From an uncultured delta proteobacterium (GTDB lineage Bacteria; Desulfobacterota; Desulfobaccia; Desulfobaccales; 0-14-0-80-60-11), in contig CAWETI010000003.1 in NCBI GenBank assembly GCA_963812015.1, positions 1,728,001 through 1,792,000 on the forward strand: a stretch of 64,000 bases of DNA. The letters run 5' to 3'. The notes beneath the pieces were generated by a model. The model saw only the letters and a list, made by a program, of their open reading frames with translations. It made no database searches and was not told where the DNA came from. Within the stretch, counting starts at the first letter, position 1. The number at the start of each line of letters is the position of its first letter. This document shows, one piece after another, positions 42,191-52,854 of the stretch. A program made the position numbers and the translations under genes.

Positions 42191-42775
42191 TTAGGCGGAA
42201 ATCCGTTGCAGCAGACTGGCCTTGATGCGGTCGAACTCTTCGGGGCTGATGACACCTTCGTCCCGGAGGCGAATGAACTCCTCCAACTCCTCCCGGAGGC
42301 GTTCCGGCGGCAGCCAGGTCTGGGGGTTCGGGGCCTCGGCCTCCAGGAATGCGGGGGCTTCCAGGGCCAGGGGCTGGGGCCGACCCGCGGGAAGGGTGGC
42401 CTGGGTCAGGCGGTTGGCGCCGGTATAGCGCAGGGTGAAGATGCCGTTCATCAGGGAAATTTCCACGTCCTTACCGTTCTTGGTGGCCTCCCGCATCAGA
42501 TCCTGAAAGTCGCCGGTCTGGGCCGCCATCTTGGCCTTGATGACCCCCCAGCGGCGATAGAAGCGCCAGACGACATAAGCCACCAGACAGGCAAAACCCG
42601 CGAAGATATAAGCGTTGAAGCCCAGGATGCCGGTGACCCATACCAGGGCCACGATGAGGACGAAGGGAATGGCAATGAGAAAGATCAGCAGACTGTAAAA
42701 ATTAGCCATATTCCCCAGGGAGGAAACCGAGGCGTCTACCGAATCTTTGTTAAAGCGGGAAAAAAATTTACCCAT
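42191..42775 (-). CDS. Membrane protein with C-terminal SHOCT domain
   Basis: Two TM helices; ELEEFIRLRDEGVISPEEFDRIKASLL. Confidence 0.85.
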   Translation of the reverse strand: MGKFFSRFNKDSVDASVSSLGNMANFYSLLIFLIAIPFVLIVALVWVTGILGFNAYIFAGFACLVAYVVWRFYRRWGVIKAKMAAQTGDFQDLMREATKNGKDVEISLMNGIFTLRYTGANRLTQATLPAGRPQPLALEAPAFLEAEAPNPQTWLPPERLREELEEFIRLRDEGVISPEEFDRIKASLLQRISA

Positions 42776-42979
42776 GTTGTCGCTTCCAAGGTACGTTGTT
42801 GCCTACCCTCTATAGCGTAGCATTTTTGCCTAAAGTTGCAAGCCCGCACCGCGGCCGCCACCGCCGGTGGATATGGCCGGCTGGCCTGGAAGCCCCGGCT
42901 TTTCCTCGGTGAACCCCTGTTCCTTCAGGCCCGGGCCGGGACGCTAGCGCCCCTAAATTTATGCGCCCGGGAGCAGGCT

Positions 42980-44392
42980 TTACCCGGCCTTGAAAAAGGC
43001 CTTAAAGGCCTTGAAGGTCATGTAGAGATCAGCCTTGGAGGCCACTTCAAAAGGCGAATGCATGGACAACACCGGAGTGCCGCAGTCGATGATCTCCATG
43101 CCATACACCGCCAGGAACTTGGCGATGGTGCCGCCGCCGCCCTCATCCACCTTCCCCAACTCCCCCGCCTGCCAGATGACCCCATGGTCCTGGAAGATTT
43201 TCCGGATCCAGGCCACGTATTCGGCATTGGCGTCGCTGGTGGAATACTTGCCGCCGCTGCCGCCGTACTTATGGAAGCAGACGCCGTATCCCATCCGGGC
43301 GGCATTCCGTTTTTCGTGAACCTCGGGGAAATCCGGGTCCAGGGCGCCGGTGACGTCGGCGGAGAGGGCCTTGGACGCCATAAGCACCCGGCGCCGGGCC
43401 TGGGGGCTTTCTCCCTGGCGTTCCAGGAGGAGCTCCACGATCTCGTTCAAAAGGAAGCTCCTGGCCCCGGTGTTGCCTTCGCTGCCGATTTCCTCTTTGT
43501 CGTAGAACAGGGCCAGACAGGTGTGCTCCGGCTCCTGGACGTCCAGGATGGCGGCCAGCGACGCGTAGGCCGCGGACCGGTCATCCTGGCCGTAGCCGCC
43601 CAGCAAGCTGCGGTCCCATCCCAGGTCCCGGGCGGGGCCGGCCGGCACCACTTCAAGTTCAGCGCTGATCAGATCTTCCTCCTGGATGCCGTAATGGTCC
43701 TCCAGGTATTTCAGCAGGTAGAGCTTGAAGCGCTCCTTGGTCTCGGTATCTCCCAGGGGCAGGGACCCCACCAAAACATTGAGCTTTTCCCCTTCGAAGG
43801 CCTCGGTCACCTTCTTGTCCATCTGCGCCTTGCGGGCTAGATGGGGCAGGAGGTCCAACACGGTGAAGACGGGATCATTGGGGTCCTCCCCGACGGTGAG
43901 CTGCACGGGGGCCCCGTCCGCCTTGAGGACCACCCCGTGAATGGCCAGGGGCCGGGCCAGCCACTGGTATTTCTTGATGCCGCCGTAGTAATGGGTCTTT
44001 AAAAAGACCAGGTCCGTGTCTTCATAAAGGGGATATTGCTTCAGATCCAGGCGGGGCGAGTCGATGTGAGAGGCCACCAGCCGCAGGCCCTCGCTAAGGG
44101 GCCGGCGGCCCTGGACCGCCAGCACGATGACCTTGTTTTTATAGTTATAAAAGCCCCGGGGCCCGGATTCCTGCCGGGCGAGATCCACGAAACCCAACGC
44201 CTTTGCCTGGCGTTCGATTTCGGTCACCGCCTCCCGCTCGGTCTTGGCCCGGTCCAGAAAGGTCTTATAGTGGTCGCCGTAGGCCAAGATGGCGGCGCGT
44301 TCGGTCTGGTCAACCTGGTCCCACACCAGTTTAGGGGTGATGGCCAGGCGATCCCGCAGTTGCTTCAGTTCGTCCTTGTCCTGGACCTCCAT
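42980..44392 (-). CDS. M18-family aminopeptidase (ApeA-like)
   Basis: SHIDSPRLDLK, THYYGGIKKYQW, GQDDR, DKEEIGS, GGGGTIA, SMHSPFE. Confidence 0.93.
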   Translation of the reverse strand: MEVQDKDELKQLRDRLAITPKLVWDQVDQTERAAILAYGDHYKTFLDRAKTEREAVTEIERQAKALGFVDLARQESGPRGFYNYKNKVIVLAVQGRRPLSEGLRLVASHIDSPRLDLKQYPLYEDTDLVFLKTHYYGGIKKYQWLARPLAIHGVVLKADGAPVQLTVGEDPNDPVFTVLDLLPHLARKAQMDKKVTEAFEGEKLNVLVGSLPLGDTETKERFKLYLLKYLEDHYGIQEEDLISAELEVVPAGPARDLGWDRSLLGGYGQDDRSAAYASLAAILDVQEPEHTCLALFYDKEEIGSEGNTGARSFLLNEIVELLLERQGESPQARRRVLMASKALSADVTGALDPDFPEVHEKRNAARMGYGVCFHKYGGSGGKYSTSDANAEYVAWIRKIFQDHGVIWQAGELGKVDEGGGGTIAKFLAVYGMEIIDCGTPVLSMHSPFEVASKADLYMTFKAFKAFFKAG

Positions 44393-44784
44393 GTTCGGTT
44401 TGTCCTCCCTCGTAGTCGATTACGCTATTACCGACACTTTTTTTAGGCCAAATAAAATATATGGTTGGAAGGCGATTAGTGCAAGCCGGAAGATTCTCTG
44501 AAAAAAAATGGCCAGGCGAGTTTCCTGTGCCACCGGGAGTTGTAGGTCTGGCAAATTATTGAACAAGATCCTTCAATAAGGCTCAGTCTCAGAGGACGAA
44601 ATAAAGCATCGCCCGAATTCCAGGGCAGGCAATCCTGCATGGCTCTGAGCCTGACCAGAGCCGCCTGGTTCAACCGACTGCCCCCCGGGGTCTCGATGCA
44701 TCGATAAAATGGAATAATACGCTGATAAATACCATAAATTGCCCCAAGAAACAACGGCGGGAGGCGATTGCCTCCAGGAGACGG

Positions 44785-44813
44785 TTGACTTAAGCAGGGA
44801 AAATTAATAAATT
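44785..44813 (+). promoter_or_regulatory. sigma70-type promoter for tRNA-Leu / tig operon
   Basis: TTGACT-17 bp-TAAATT upstream of the tRNA. Confidence 0.6.
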
Positions 44814-44835
44814 TATCAGATGAATCGATAACGTT

Positions 44836-44917
44836 GCGAGAGTGGCGGAATCAGGCAGACGCACTGGATTTAGGTTCCAGCGGGATAACCGTGGGGGTTC
44901 GAGTCCCCCCTCTCGCA
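44836..44917 (+). tRNA. tRNA-Leu(TAG), CCA not encoded
   Basis: Acceptor gcgagag/ctctcgc, anticodon arm ctgga-tt-TAG-gt-tccag, variable arm, GGTTCGAG T loop. Confidence 0.95.
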
Positions 44918-45005
44918 CTCCTGCACGGGGGAGCGTCAGGCTGGGGGTAAGCCCGCCTGAACCCTAATAAAAATTTAAATTAACGGAAGACTGTGAGCCA
45001 AGAAG

Positions 45006-46346
45006 ATGACAGAAAGCGCCTTGAAGGTGGAGATCGAGAATCTCAGCGAAGTCAAACGGAAATTAAAGATCGAGGTCCCCTCCGCCGAGGTGACCCAGGA
45101 AGTGGACCGGGCCTACCGGGAATTGGGAAAGCAGGCCAAAGTTAAAGGCTTCCGGCCGGGCAAGGTGCCGCGCTCCGTCCTGGAGATGTATTACCGTAAG
45201 CAGATTGACCAGGATGTGTCCGACGCCCTGGTGCGCCGTTCCCTGGGAGAGGTCTTGAAGGACAAGGATCTGGATCCCATCAACCTGAGCTGGCCGGAAC
45301 CCGTGCCCCCCGTGGTGGCCGGGGAGGATTACCATTACAGCGTGGAGGTGGAAGTCTCCCCGGAATTTACTGCGACGGACTACCTGGACCTCAAGCTGGC
45401 GGCTCCGGAAGTCGAGGTGACCGATGCGGAGGTGGACCAGCGCCTGGAGGGGATTCGGGAGTCCAACGCCCTCTTGAAACCCCCGGCGACAGAGCGGGGC
45501 GTCCAGGAGAAGGACTTTGTGGTCCTGGATTACCAGGGCTACTTCGCCGGGGAGCCGGTGGAAGGCGCCAAGGCCGAAGGCGCTTACATGGAGGTGGGGA
45601 GCGGCCAGTTCAACACCGATTTCGAGCGCAACCTCCTGGGGCTCAAGGCCGGGGCTGAAGCCCATTTCGCCGTGGACCTGCCCAACGATTTTGCCAATCC
45701 CCTCATCGCCGGCAAGGTGATCGACTTCCAGGTGAAGGTCCAGGAAGTGAAAGAGAAAGCAGTCCCCGAACTGGATGATGCCTTCGCCCAAAACCTGGGT
45801 GGCAATTTTCAAACCCTGGCTGACTTGCGCACAGCAGTGCGAGAGGATATTATTAATACAAAGGAGCGGGAGCGGCAGGCTTATCTGGAGAACCAGGTGT
45901 CGGATCAACTGCTGGCCAAACACGCCTTCGAGTTGCCGCCCTCTTTGGTCAGCCAGGAACAAGAAAACATGCTGCGGGACCAGATGGAACGCTTCAGCCA
46001 GCATGGCATGAACGTGGCCAACATGGACACGGGTAAGATGCTGGAGGTCCTGAAACCCATGGCGGAGCGTCGGGTGCGAGTCAGGCTGATCCTGGCCCGC
46101 ATCGCCGCCCAGGAAAACCTGGCGGTGGACGACGCCGAAATGGATGCCGCCCTGGCCCGCATCGCCGTGAGCAATCGCGTCGACGTTACCGAGGTGAAGA
46201 AGTTTTATGAGGAACGCGACCTCACGGGGAGCCTCAGACGGACGCTCCTTGACGACAAGACCATGAAACTGTTGTTTGACAAAGCCGAGATCAATACAGC
46301 CGCCCCCCCAGCCGAGGAGGCGGGCGCGGCAGAGGGAAAGGAGTAG
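45006..46346 (+). CDS. tig: Trigger factor
   Basis: GFRPGKVP signature, FKBP domain, PELDDAFA; upstream of clpPX. Confidence 0.97.
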   Translation: MTESALKVEIENLSEVKRKLKIEVPSAEVTQEVDRAYRELGKQAKVKGFRPGKVPRSVLEMYYRKQIDQDVSDALVRRSLGEVLKDKDLDPINLSWPEPVPPVVAGEDYHYSVEVEVSPEFTATDYLDLKLAAPEVEVTDAEVDQRLEGIRESNALLKPPATERGVQEKDFVVLDYQGYFAGEPVEGAKAEGAYMEVGSGQFNTDFERNLLGLKAGAEAHFAVDLPNDFANPLIAGKVIDFQVKVQEVKEKAVPELDDAFAQNLGGNFQTLADLRTAVREDIINTKERERQAYLENQVSDQLLAKHAFELPPSLVSQEQENMLRDQMERFSQHGMNVANMDTGKMLEVLKPMAERRVRVRLILARIAAQENLAVDDAEMDAALARIAVSNRVDVTEVKKFYEERDLTGSLRRTLLDDKTMKLLFDKAEINTAAPPAEEAGAAEGKE

Positions 46347-46347
46347 A

Positions 46348-46965
46348 ATGCAGTTAATTCCCATCGTGGTAGAGCAGAGCAGCCGGGGTGAGCGGGCTTA
46401 CGACATCTATTCCCGGCTTCTCAGAGACCGGATCATTTTTCTGGGGACCGCCATTAATGATGATGTCGCCAACCTGGTCATCGCCCAATTGCTGTTTCTG
46501 GAAGCAGAGGACCCTGACAAGGAAATTAACTTTTATATCAACTCACCCGGCGGTTTGGTGACCGCGGGGATGGCTATATATGATACCATGCAGTACATTA
46601 AGAGCCCGGTAGCCACCCTGTGCATGGGCCAGGGGGCCAGCATGGCGGCGCTATTGTTGACCGCGGGCGCCAAGGGCAAGCGCTTTGCCCTGCCCCATGC
46701 CCGGATCTTGATTCACCAACCCCTGGGCGGGTTTCAGGGGCAGGCCACGGACGTGGGCATCCAGGCGCAGGAAATTTTGCGGCTGCGGGAAGAATTGAAC
46801 GAAATCATGGCTGGACATACCGGCCAATCCATTGAGCGTATCCACCAGGATACCGAGCGGGACTTTTATATGTCCGGCCAGCAGGCCAAGGAATATGGCT
46901 TGATTGACGAGGTCATCTCCCGCCGGGAAGCGGGGGTCCTTTCCCCCGCCCGGCATCAGGACTAG
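46348..46965 (+). CDS. clpP: Clp protease proteolytic subunit
   Basis: [33 protein letters not shown]. Confidence 0.98.
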   Translation: MQLIPIVVEQSSRGERAYDIYSRLLRDRIIFLGTAINDDVANLVIAQLLFLEAEDPDKEINFYINSPGGLVTAGMAIYDTMQYIKSPVATLCMGQGASMAALLLTAGAKGKRFALPHARILIHQPLGGFQGQATDVGIQAQEILRLREELNEIMAGHTGQSIERIHQDTERDFYMSGQQAKEYGLIDEVISRREAGVLSPARHQD

Positions 46966-47100
46966 TCGCCTGATATGAGCTGAAGAATTAGCCGCCGGGA
47001 GCCGATACATACATCAGCCCCGCACTATCGGCGGCAGCGCAGCAAAGCAGCCAAAGCCTCGAAGCGGTTCTTTTTCGGGGTTTTGCGGAGGAAAACTTAT

Positions 47101-48384
47101 ATGAGTAAGCGCGGTACCGACAAGAGTGCCGACCTGTTGTGTTCTTTTTGCGGTAAAAGCCAGGGCGAGGTGAAGAAGCTCATCGCCGGCCCCGGTGTTT
47201 ACATCTGCGATGAGTGCATCGAACTGTGCAACGATATCATCGCGGAAGAGTACGAGAAGGACGAAGCCAAGCACGCCCGGCTGTCGATTCCCGAGCCGGC
47301 GATCATCAAGAAGCAGATCGACGAGTACGTCATCGGCCAGGAACGGGCCAAAAAGATCCTGTCCGTGGCGGTCTACAATCACTATAAACGCATCAACGCC
47401 GGGGTGGACCTGGATGGGGTGGAGCTCCAAAAAAGCAACATCCTCCTGGTGGGCCCCACCGGCTCCGGCAAAACCCTGCTGGCCCAGACCCTGGCCCGCA
47501 TTTTGAACGTGCCCTTCACCATCGCCGATGCCACCACCCTTACTGAGGCCGGCTACGTGGGCGAGGATGTGGAAAACATCATCCTCAATCTTTTGCAATC
47601 CGCGGACTACGATGTGGAAAAGGCTTCCCGGGGCATTGTCTATATCGACGAGGTGGACAAGATTGCCCGCAAGACGGACAGCCCCTCCATCACCCGGGAT
47701 GTCTCCGGGGAAGGGGTGCAGCAAGCCCTGCTCAAGATCATCGAGGGCACCATGGCCTCGGTGCCTCCCAAGGGCGGCCGCAAACACCCCCAGCAGGAGT
47801 TCATCAAGGTCGACACCACCAACATCCTGTTCATCTGCGGCGGCGCCTTCAACGGCCTCGAGGACATCATCGGGGCCCGTATTGGGCGCAAGTCCATGGG
47901 ATTCGGCGCCGACATCCGGAGCCGGGCCCAGCAGCCTTTGGGGGAAATCCTGGTTCAGGTGCAGCCCCAGGATCTGCTGAAGTTCGGTCTCATTCCCGAG
48001 TTCGTGGGGCGCCTCCCGGTGCTCGCCACCCTGGATGAGCTCAATGAAGATGCCCTGATGCGCATCCTCAAGGAGCCCAGGAACGCCCTGGTGAAACAGT
48101 ACCAGAAACTCCTGGAATTGGACCGGGTGGCGCTGAAATTCACCGATGGCGCCCTGGAAGCTGTGGCCAAAGAGGCCCTGAAGCGCAAGTCCGGGGCCCG
48201 GGGGCTGAGGGCCATCCTGGAACGGGCCATGTTGGACCTGATGTATGAACTGCCGTCCCTCAAAGATGTGCAGGAATGCTTGATTAATGAGGAATTCATT
48301 ATCAAACATGCCGCGCCGATCTTCACTTACCGCCCGGCGGAGGACATGTCCTGGGATAAGCCCGGGGTGGCGGTGCAGCAATGA
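47101..48384 (+). CDS. clpX: Clp protease ATP-binding subunit ClpX
   Basis: CSFCGK...ICDECIELC zinc domain, [23 protein letters not shown] loop. Confidence 0.98.
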   Translation: MSKRGTDKSADLLCSFCGKSQGEVKKLIAGPGVYICDECIELCNDIIAEEYEKDEAKHARLSIPEPAIIKKQIDEYVIGQERAKKILSVAVYNHYKRINAGVDLDGVELQKSNILLVGPTGSGKTLLAQTLARILNVPFTIADATTLTEAGYVGEDVENIILNLLQSADYDVEKASRGIVYIDEVDKIARKTDSPSITRDVSGEGVQQALLKIIEGTMASVPPKGGRKHPQQEFIKVDTTNILFICGGAFNGLEDIIGARIGRKSMGFGADIRSRAQQPLGEILVQVQPQDLLKFGLIPEFVGRLPVLATLDELNEDALMRILKEPRNALVKQYQKLLELDRVALKFTDGALEAVAKEALKRKSGARGLRAILERAMLDLMYELPSLKDVQECLINEEFIIKHAAPIFTYRPAEDMSWDKPGVAVQQ

Positions 48385-50837
48385 TATTCCGGTTACCCAA
48401 AAACCGCGGCACCGGGGAGGGTGACAAGCATAATCTGCTCACGGTCCCCATGTTGCCCCTGAGGGATATCGTCATTTTCCCTCACATGGTGGTACCGCTG
48501 TTTATCGGCCGGGAACGCTCCATCCATGCCCTGGAATATGCCATGGGGCAGGAAAAATATATCCTCCTGTGCACCCAGAAGGACCCCCGCAAGGACGAAC
48601 CCCGGGAAGGCGAGATTCACCGCCTGGGGACCCTGGCCGCGATCCTGCAGCTCTTGCGCCTGCCCGACGGCACCGTCAAGGTGCTGGTGGAGGGCAAGAG
48701 CCGGGCCATTGTGCGCCAGACGCTGCCTATTTCCCAATTTTACCAGGTGGAAGCCGAAGAACTCCTGGAGTCCTGGGAGATCAATTCCGAAACCGAGGCG
48801 CTGCGCCGCACTGCGGTCGCCGGTTTTGAAACGTATGCCAAACTGAACAAGAAGGTCCCCCAGGAAGCCTTGCAGAGCCTGGTGGGGGTGGATGACCCGG
48901 GACGCCTGTCCGACATCATCGCCGGCCATCTGGCCATCAAGGCCGAAGAGAAGCAGAGTCTGCTGGAAACCCTGGATGCCTCCCGTCGTCTGGAGCAGGT
49001 GGTGGGCCTGGTGAACCGGGAAAATGAAATCCTCCAGATCGAGTCCCGCATCAAGAACCGGGTCAAGAAGCAGATGGAAAAGACCCAGCGTGAGTACTAT
49101 CTCAACGAGCAGATGCGGGCTATTCAGAAGGAAATGGGGGAAAAAGAGGATCTCAAGGGCGAGATCCAGGAGTTGGAGCGGCGTATCCGCCGGAAGAAGA
49201 TGAGCGCTGAGGCCACCGCCAAGGTCAAACATGAGGTGAAGAAGCTGAAGCTCATGAGCCCCATGTCGGCTGAGGCCACGGTCTCCCGGAACTACATCGA
49301 CTGGCTCCTCTCCCTGCCCTGGTACGAGAAGACCAAGGATAAGCACAACCTGGAAGAGGCCGAGCGCATCCTCGAAGAAGACCACTATGGCCTGGAGAAA
49401 CCCAAGGAACGCATCCTGGAACACCTGGCGGTTCAGAGCCTGGTGAAAAAGATGAAGGGCCCCATCCTCTGTCTGGTGGGGCCGCCGGGCGTGGGCAAAA
49501 CCTCTCTGGCCAAATCGGTGGCCCGGGCCATGGGACGCACCTTCGTGCGCCTCTCCCTGGGGGGTGTCCGGGACGAAGCCGAGATTCGCGGTCACCGGCG
49601 CACCTATATCGGGGCCCTCCCCGGCAAAATCATGCAATCCCTCAAAAAGGCCAAGACCAACAACCCGGTCTTCTGCCTGGATGAAGTGGACAAGATGAGC
49701 ACGGATTTCCGGGGCGACCCCTCCGCGGCCCTCCTGGAAGTCCTGGATCCGGAACAGAATTTCGCCTTTAACGACCATTACCTGGACGTGGACTATGACC
49801 TGTCCGAAGTGATGTTCATCACCACCGCGAACAATCTCTACTCCATCCCGCCGCCGCTTCAGGACCGGATGGAGATCATTCGGTTGGCCGGATATACCGA
49901 GGTGGAGAAGCTCCAGATTGCCGAGCAGTTTTTGATCCCCAAACAATGCCTCGCCAATGGCCTGACCAAGGAGAACCTCCAGTTCTCGGAAAACGCCATT
50001 CTCACCGTCATCCGGCAGTACACCCGGGAAGCCGGGGTGCGTAACCTGGAACGGGAGATCGCCTCCATCAGCCGAAAGGTGGCCCGGGAAGTGGCCGCTA
50101 AGGGCCGGGAACATCAAGTCAAGGTCAGCACTCAGATGGTGCCCAAGTACCTGGGAGTGCCTAAGTTCCGCTTCGGCCGCACCGAGGAGGCTGATGAAGT
50201 GGGCCTCACCACCGGCTTGGCCTGGACCGAATTCGGGGGCGAACTTCTCCATACCGAGGTGGTGGTTATGCCCGGTCGGGGCAAGCTTTTGATCACCGGC
50301 AAGCTGGGAGAAGTCATGCAGGAGTCAGCCCAGGCGGCCCTGAGCTATGTGCGTTCCAAGGCCGAGAGCCTGGGGCTTCCGGCGGATTTCTATCGCACGA
50401 TCGACCTTCACATCCACGTGCCGGAGGGCGCCATCCCCAAAGATGGCCCATCCGCCGGGATTACCATCGCCACCTGCATCGCCTCGGCATTGCTGAAGAT
50501 CCCGGTCCATCGCGATGTGGCCATGACCGGCGAGATCACCCTCCGGGGCCGGGTCCTGCCCATCGGCGGGCTGAAGGAAAAGATCATCGCGGCCCACCGC
50601 CACCAGATCAAGACCGTCCTCATCCCCCGGGACAACGAAAAGGATATCAAAGAGATTCCTGCCCGGATTCTTAAGGCGGTGGACCTGGTGCCCGTGGACC
50701 ACATGGACGAGGTCCTAAAAAGAGCCTTGGTCCTGGATGATCCGGACAACCTGTTCAAGCCGGTGCCGCCACCGGTGCCGCCTGAAGGGGTTTACGTACC
50801 ATCCGAGCCGCCCGGCGCCGAGATTCAGGCCCATTAA
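48381..50837 (+). CDS. lon: Lon protease
   Basis: LON-N domain, [32 protein letters not shown]. Confidence 0.98.
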   Translation: MIFRLPKNRGTGEGDKHNLLTVPMLPLRDIVIFPHMVVPLFIGRERSIHALEYAMGQEKYILLCTQKDPRKDEPREGEIHRLGTLAAILQLLRLPDGTVKVLVEGKSRAIVRQTLPISQFYQVEAEELLESWEINSETEALRRTAVAGFETYAKLNKKVPQEALQSLVGVDDPGRLSDIIAGHLAIKAEEKQSLLETLDASRRLEQVVGLVNRENEILQIESRIKNRVKKQMEKTQREYYLNEQMRAIQKEMGEKEDLKGEIQELERRIRRKKMSAEATAKVKHEVKKLKLMSPMSAEATVSRNYIDWLLSLPWYEKTKDKHNLEEAERILEEDHYGLEKPKERILEHLAVQSLVKKMKGPILCLVGPPGVGKTSLAKSVARAMGRTFVRLSLGGVRDEAEIRGHRRTYIGALPGKIMQSLKKAKTNNPVFCLDEVDKMSTDFRGDPSAALLEVLDPEQNFAFNDHYLDVDYDLSEVMFITTANNLYSIPPPLQDRMEIIRLAGYTEVEKLQIAEQFLIPKQCLANGLTKENLQFSENAILTVIRQYTREAGVRNLEREIASISRKVAREVAAKGREHQVKVSTQMVPKYLGVPKFRFGRTEEADEVGLTTGLAWTEFGGELLHTEVVVMPGRGKLLITGKLGEVMQESAQAALSYVRSKAESLGLPADFYRTIDLHIHVPEGAIPKDGPSAGITIATCIASALLKIPVHRDVAMTGEITLRGRVLPIGGLKEKIIAAHRHQIKTVLIPRDNEKDIKEIPARILKAVDLVPVDHMDEVLKRALVLDDPDNLFKPVPPPVPPEGVYVPSEPPGAEIQAH

Positions 50838-51098
50838 CTGGCGGCGCGGCGCAGCTTGCCTTTAAAAAGAAATATTACGCATAGGAATTAAGCAGGGCAG
50901 TCAAACCATCTCTTCCCCTGCCCCGCACCCTCAGGTAATTGAACCGGACAGGGTGAAGGTAAGCGTTTGCCGCGCTCTGGCTCATAAGGCAAAAAAAGTA
51001 AAAAAAGACGCGAACAGGACTGGGATACGGCCCCTGATGCACCCCTGAGGCATAATCCCCTTGACAGCGGGGCCTCCATAAGCGAATATTACGGGGGC

Positions 51099-51174
51099 GG
51101 GCGGATAGCTCAGCTGGGAGAGCATCGGCCTTACAAGCCGGGGGTCACAGGTTCGAGCCCTGTTCCGCCTACCA
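51099..51174 (+). tRNA. tRNA-Val(TAC)
   Basis: 76-nt cloverleaf, anticodon loop ct-TAC-aa, ends in CCA. Confidence 0.97.
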
Positions 51175-51181
51175 GCCCTAC

Positions 51182-51258
<77 letters not shown>

Positions 51259-51268
51259 TAGTAAATTC

Positions 51269-51305
51269 AAGGGCTTAGATGATTTGCTAAGCCCTTTTTC
51301 TTTTC
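51269..51305 (+). terminator. Rho-independent terminator after the tRNAs
   Basis: aagggcttag / ctaagccctt stem followed by a T-rich run. Confidence 0.8.
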
Positions 51306-51399
51306 CTCACAAAGCTTTTCCCCCACTAAGTTCTCCCAGGTTGCGGTAATTCCGGCCCCGGATGTCGACTGATACAATAAAACAGGTAATCCATGCCTC

Positions 51400-51560
51400 A
51401 AGCTCCATGTCCAGGGCCGGAGTAAAGCTATAAGGCGGCCAGGGACCGGTGCATTCGCATAGTAAGCCCCGGTTGGGCGTTGCGGCCGTTGGCCGCCTCG
51501 ATATGCGCCTTAAATCCGCTGACCGCCTTGGCGGGCACCAGGACATCTTTGCGAAAAATT
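51400..51560 (-). pseudogene. GvpL/GvpF gas-vesicle protein C-terminal remnant (boundaries approximate)
   Basis: ECTGPWPPYSF motif; the preceding VLVP..AVSGF segment is in another frame; no N-terminal part. Confidence 0.6.
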
Positions 51561-51643
51561 CGTGCGTGTCGGATGGTCCGGGAGATGCCGACTATTTCTG
51601 ATAAGGGGAGGCTATGACCCAAGGCTAAAATTGCGGGGTCCAT

Positions 51644-51754
51644 AAAAAAACTGGCCAGGTGGGGGAGACCTGGCCAGCGGGTGAAAGGAGAAATGGTCTA
51701 TGAACTTTGATTAAGGGGGGGATGTGGTTACCTTAATTATGGTTCATATTTGCC
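51644..51754 (-). ncRNA. Putative sigma54-dependent small RNA
   Basis: Lies between a -24/-12 promoter and a strong terminator (ctggccaggt/acctggccag + T7); no ORF. Confidence 0.6.
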
Positions 51755-51763
51755 TTACCTATA

Positions 51764-51779
51764 TGCAGGAAGCGTGCCG
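51764..51779 (-). promoter_or_regulatory. sigma54 -24/-12 promoter
   Basis: cGGCACgcttccTGCa (GG-N10-GC) with an AT-rich upstream tract. Confidence 0.65.
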
Positions 51780-52283
51780 CAAAATATGATTTATATTTAT
51801 TGTGCATTATCAGTATGTTACCAATTTGGACTCAAAGTACCAGTTCAATTTTTTTTACCGAATCCTGACAGTGCGAAAGCCATTATTGGGTAACTTATTA
51901 AATATATTGTATTATTACACGATATAAATTTTCAGCTAGCCGGCCTAAAAGTCAGCTTCAGGAGGATATGACCTGGGACACTCCAGACCTCCGCTGGCCT
52001 GGGGGTGCTGAACCAAGAAGATTGAAAGACCGGAGTTCCGCCGTCGGGTGGGTTTTCATCAACCCCTGGCCTGGTGCATTTCCTTCCCCCCAAGGGCCGT
52101 GAGGGTATGGCGATCATGTCGGCAGCCAGAGGGAACCCTTGATCAGCAGGTTCTCGCGGCGGCTGCGGTGAGCCGCCAATGGAGAAAATGTCCATCTGCA
52201 TAACTATTTCATCCCGGCATGAGGATAATCTCAGCTGGGGCCCGGCAGACCGGCATAAGAGTGCGAATAATTTTTTTATTATC

Positions 52284-52311
52284 TTGACATTGGGGAAATT
52301 TCTTGTAAAAT
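52284..52311 (+). promoter_or_regulatory. sigma70-type promoter of the cold-shock gene
   Basis: TTGACA-16 bp-TAAAAT with an AT-rich UP element. Confidence 0.65.
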
Positions 52312-52468
52312 TGAACAAGTTTAGCATGTCAGACTGAAGGCAGGGCACAAGTCCTGGACAAGAATCGGACGGGGGTGCTAATTCCCCGCCGATTTTTTTT
52401 TGCCTGACTGCTGTGCGCCCTGCTTTTTTGGCGGGTATATCATTGCAGTATTTGTAGGAGGTTTCACC

Positions 52469-52672
52469 ATGAAGGAAACTGGCACGGTAAAATGGTTCAA
52501 CGATTCCAAGGGCTTCGGCTTCATCACTCGGGAAAGCGGCCCGGATGTGTTTGTGCATCACAGCGCCATCCAGGGTGAGGGCTTTCGCTCCCTGGCCGAA
52601 GAACAGGCAGTTGAATTTGAGGTGGTCCAGGGTCCCAAGGGGCCCCAGGCCCAGAACGTTTTCAAACTTTAA
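52469..52672 (+). CDS. Cold-shock protein (CspA family)
   Basis: [33 protein letters not shown]. Confidence 0.97.
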   Translation: MKETGTVKWFNDSKGFGFITRESGPDVFVHHSAIQGEGFRSLAEEQAVEFEVVQGPKGPQAQNVFKL

Positions 52673-52693
52673 ACCATAAGGTTTGATGCTACT

Positions 52694-52728
52694 CAGAACT
52701 CCGGAGGTGTTGCGACCCCGGAGTTCTG
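52694..52728 (+). terminator. Hairpin after the csp gene
   Basis: cagaactccgg / ccggagttctg 11-bp stem; weak U tail. Confidence 0.5.
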
Positions 52729-52854
52729 TCACTTCGGGCCCCAGCGCCACGAAAACTGGGGCCGAACCGTCTGGTCCAAGCGTGCCGGAAGCATGGCCAG
52801 CCGAGACTCGCACGTCCTGCTGGGCCGCATCGACCGGGGTGAAGAAAATTTTCT

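Noticed and set aside
48393..50252. Long antisense ORFs (also opposite carB, purF, tig, clpX and others)
   Set aside because: Shadow frames of high-GC genes with strong codon bias; no independent motifs
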